From contig JAFCCF010000004.1 of the NCBI GenBank assembly GCA_017610325.1, positions 1-37,978 on the forward strand: DNA of 37,978 nucleotides, given 5' to 3'. Numbering within the stretch: the first letter of the stretch is position 1; each line of letters starts with the position of its first letter. Positions 35,878-37,978 of this stretch are shown piece by piece. A program made the translations under genes and the position numbers. Under the pieces are notes generated by a model. The model was not told the origin of the DNA and searched no databases. It worked only from the letters and a program-made list of their open reading frames with translations. The stretch comes from Candidatus Aminicenantes bacterium (lineage in GTDB: Archaea; Nanobdellota; Nanobdellia; Woesearchaeales; JAFCCF01).

Positions 35878-37978
35878 TTGAAATTATTTTGGGTGAATGA
35901 AAAAGAGAGGAGTAGAGTTCTGAGTTCATTAGTTGACAAACCATCATGTTTAGCAAGTTCTGGGGAGGAGAGGGCAAAACCACCAAAACTTTTTTCTTTC
36001 TCTTCTCTAGGATTTTCTAAAAAATCACAGCTCAGATCTTTGTTTTTAATAAGCATATTTATTTTCATAGTCCTAATTGTATTATCATCATCTTCTATGG
36101 TAAATGCTGTCAGGTGTACAACAAACATTACATCGGGTAATGTGTGGATTATAAGACCCAGCGGTGCACTGACTTCTATTTCAGCTAGTGATCTAACTTT
36201 AAATGTAACCACAGCTGAGAACTGCAGCGAGGTTAATACCACCTGGTACCACACATATACCAAAGACTGCCAGGAAGAGGGAGACTACATGGTATATGTG
36301 CATTTGTTTCCAGAAGCTTCGATACTTGATGCTCCAGGCATTAGTGATAGGGGAGGATATATCGAGATTCCTGGTTTTGAAAACTGGACATCATCTTCTG
36401 ATGCAGCTCAGTGGCTGGAAAATGGCTCTGTTGTTGCTGCCCAGAATACAACAAATGTCAAGAAGGGTACCTACAGTGTGAAGCTGACTGGAGGTACTAC
36501 ACAGAATATCATACAGAACGGCGAGGGCGATGATAACTCTCATCTTGATTCTCTTCCAGTTGGAAATTATACCTTTATAATCTGGGCATATAACCCCAAT
36601 GAGCAGACAAAGTTCTCTGTTTGGTACAGCGGCGCATATCATGATGTAACTATACCCACAAATGACGGGTTTACAAAGTATAAGCATAACTTTGAACTGG
36701 AATCCATCTCAGATGTTGAAATCCACCTTTATGCAAACACCAATGGTGTCTACTATGATGAGGTTTACCTGTATGATGTTCTTAAGTGGGGCTGGTCAAC
36801 TGTAACAACATATAACATTAACTGGGATGGTGACAGCTCGGATTGTGAGTGCAAGGTTGGTGCTGGCAGGTGGAATATTGGCGGCATAGCCAATTGCTGC
36901 GGCGATGATGGTAGTGAATACAAGGAAACAAAAGCCTGCGATAATTCAGACGGCAGCATACTTCCTACACCATACTCCTGCACAACATCTTCATCAGATG
37001 ATGCATGCTGTGACGCTTCAACAGATTGCGTGCATTCAAGCACCTGTTACAACTCAGGAACACATGCAACTGATACAGATAGCAATGGAGATGATGAATA
37101 TTGCTTATCTGGAACCTGGTATGACTGCTATGATACTGGAGATTGTGACCCAGCAGGTGAGAATGCTTACACTGAGTCAAATAATCCGTGCGCTGATGGC
37201 AATGAATGCCATGAATCATGCTCATCAAATGACTGCATATATGAGAGGAATGCAGGTTATGGTGACTGCGATGCCAGCGCAGGCTGTTATAGCTCAAATT
37301 GCATCCAGGATACAAATTATGCAACACAGTTCATTGGAGCAGGCATGTGCGATGCAAGCACAGGAGCAATCTGTACAGCAGGTGCAACTGATGGTTATGA
37401 TGTGTGCGTTGCCTCTGGCACCTGCTTGGTTGACCATGACTATGACGATAACATGGCTGACTGTACAGGTGCTTTGTGTATCAAGAGCAGTGGCACCTCA
37501 TTTGACGTTGATAATGATGGTGATACAGATTACTGCAACAGCGGAGTGTGGGTTGATTGCAACTCTGACTCAAACTGCCTAGTAGGCAGCTACTGTACTT
37601 CCAACAATTGCGCTGGCTTGTCAACTCCAACACTAAGCTCAGTAACTGCACAAACAGACCAGCCATTAAACTCAGAGCTTGGCAAGATAATCGCGTCATG
37701 GACAGGCTCCCTTCCATCTGGCTATGAGTACAATCTTGAGGAAACAAGTCCAACTGCTGTAACAAGATATTATGGAACCTCAACATCTTACACAAACTCA
37801 AGCCTGCTCAACAACACAAGATACTGCTACAGGGTTAGGATACAGGACACACAATCCTCACCATCGCATTACACAGCATGGTCATCCACTGTGTGCAACA
37901 TCACAAAAGACAGGGCAGGCCCTGTATCGCCTAACTTAATCCCTGGCGCACTAGAAGGAATCGTATCATACTGGGACT
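35878..37978 (+). CDS. Large secreted Cys/Asp-rich surface protein with a CBM-like domain, an FN3 domain and the probable start of a LamG-like domain (runs off the right edge; absent from the ORF track)
   Basis: Frame open from TTG 35878 (GAGG upstream) to the end; hydrophobic KKSQLRSLFLISIFIFIVLIVLSSSSMVNA; PGFENW...YYDEVYL; CCGDD, DTDSNGDDEYC, DVDNDGDTDYC; IIASW...Y..LLNNTRYCYRVR; ends GIVSYWD. Confidence 0.82.
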   Translation, partial: MKLFWVNEKERSRVLSSLVDKPSCLASSGEERAKPPKLFSFSSLGFSKKSQLRSLFLISIFIFIVLIVLSSSSMVNAVRCTTNITSGNVWIIRPSGALTSISASDLTLNVTTAENCSEVNTTWYHTYTKDCQEEGDYMVYVHLFPEASILDAPGISDRGGYIEIPGFENWTSSSDAAQWLENGSVVAAQNTTNVKKGTYSVKLTGGTTQNIIQNGEGDDNSHLDSLPVGNYTFIIWAYNPNEQTKFSVWYSGAYHDVTIPTNDGFTKYKHNFELESISDVEIHLYANTNGVYYDEVYLYDVLKWGWSTVTTYNINWDGDSSDCECKVGAGRWNIGGIANCCGDDGSEYKETKACDNSDGSILPTPYSCTTSSSDDACCDASTDCVHSSTCYNSGTHATDTDSNGDDEYCLSGTWYDCYDTGDCDPAGENAYTESNNPCADGNECHESCSSNDCIYERNAGYGDCDASAGCYSSNCIQDTNYATQFIGAGMCDASTGAICTAGATDGYDVCVASGTCLVDHDYDDNMADCTGALCIKSSGTSFDVDNDGDTDYCNSGVWVDCNSDSNCLVGSYCTSNNCAGLSTPTLSSVTAQTDQPLNSELGKIIASWTGSLPSGYEYNLEETSPTAVTRYYGTSTSYTNSSLLNNTRYCYRVRIQDTQSSPSHYTAWSSTVCNITKDRAGPVSPNLIPGALEGIVSYWD

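Noticed and set aside
35874-37801. Short ORFs such as 35874..36263 and 36905..37582
   Set aside because: They overlap the long open + frame from 35878, which has recognisable domains

Overview
Probably an archaeal (DPANN/Woesearchaeota-like, inferred) accessory region read in genetic code 11. About 31 kb is one large modification locus: 11 radical SAM enzymes, 2 methyltransferase-like proteins, several GT-C, GT2 and GT9 glycosyltransferases, a deacetylase and an RfaE2 heptose adenylyltransferase. At its centre is a His-Xaa-Ser-type maturase operon (two HxsD-like proteins, HxsB, two HxsC-like paralogs). Transcribed divergently from it is a giant ~930-980 aa protein built from about 101 His-x-Asn-Cys motifs joined by linkers of only 0, 4, 5 or 10 residues, followed directly by an A24 prepilin-type peptidase. 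The best candidate for a new system is therefore an exported, pilin-peptidase-processed, radical-SAM-crosslinked and possibly glycosylated 'mega-RiPP' surface polymer. Upstream of the repeat gene are three tandem 60-bp hairpin+T-tract units with a complementary upstream segment (attenuator-like). The right end holds an AT-rich toxin-antitoxin block (PIN/RHH, MNT with truncated HEPN, wHTH with a nucleotidyltransferase), partly bracketed by a ~60-bp direct repeat, then the start of a large secreted Cys-rich FN3 protein. All family calls come from motif recognition by eye; no searches were run.
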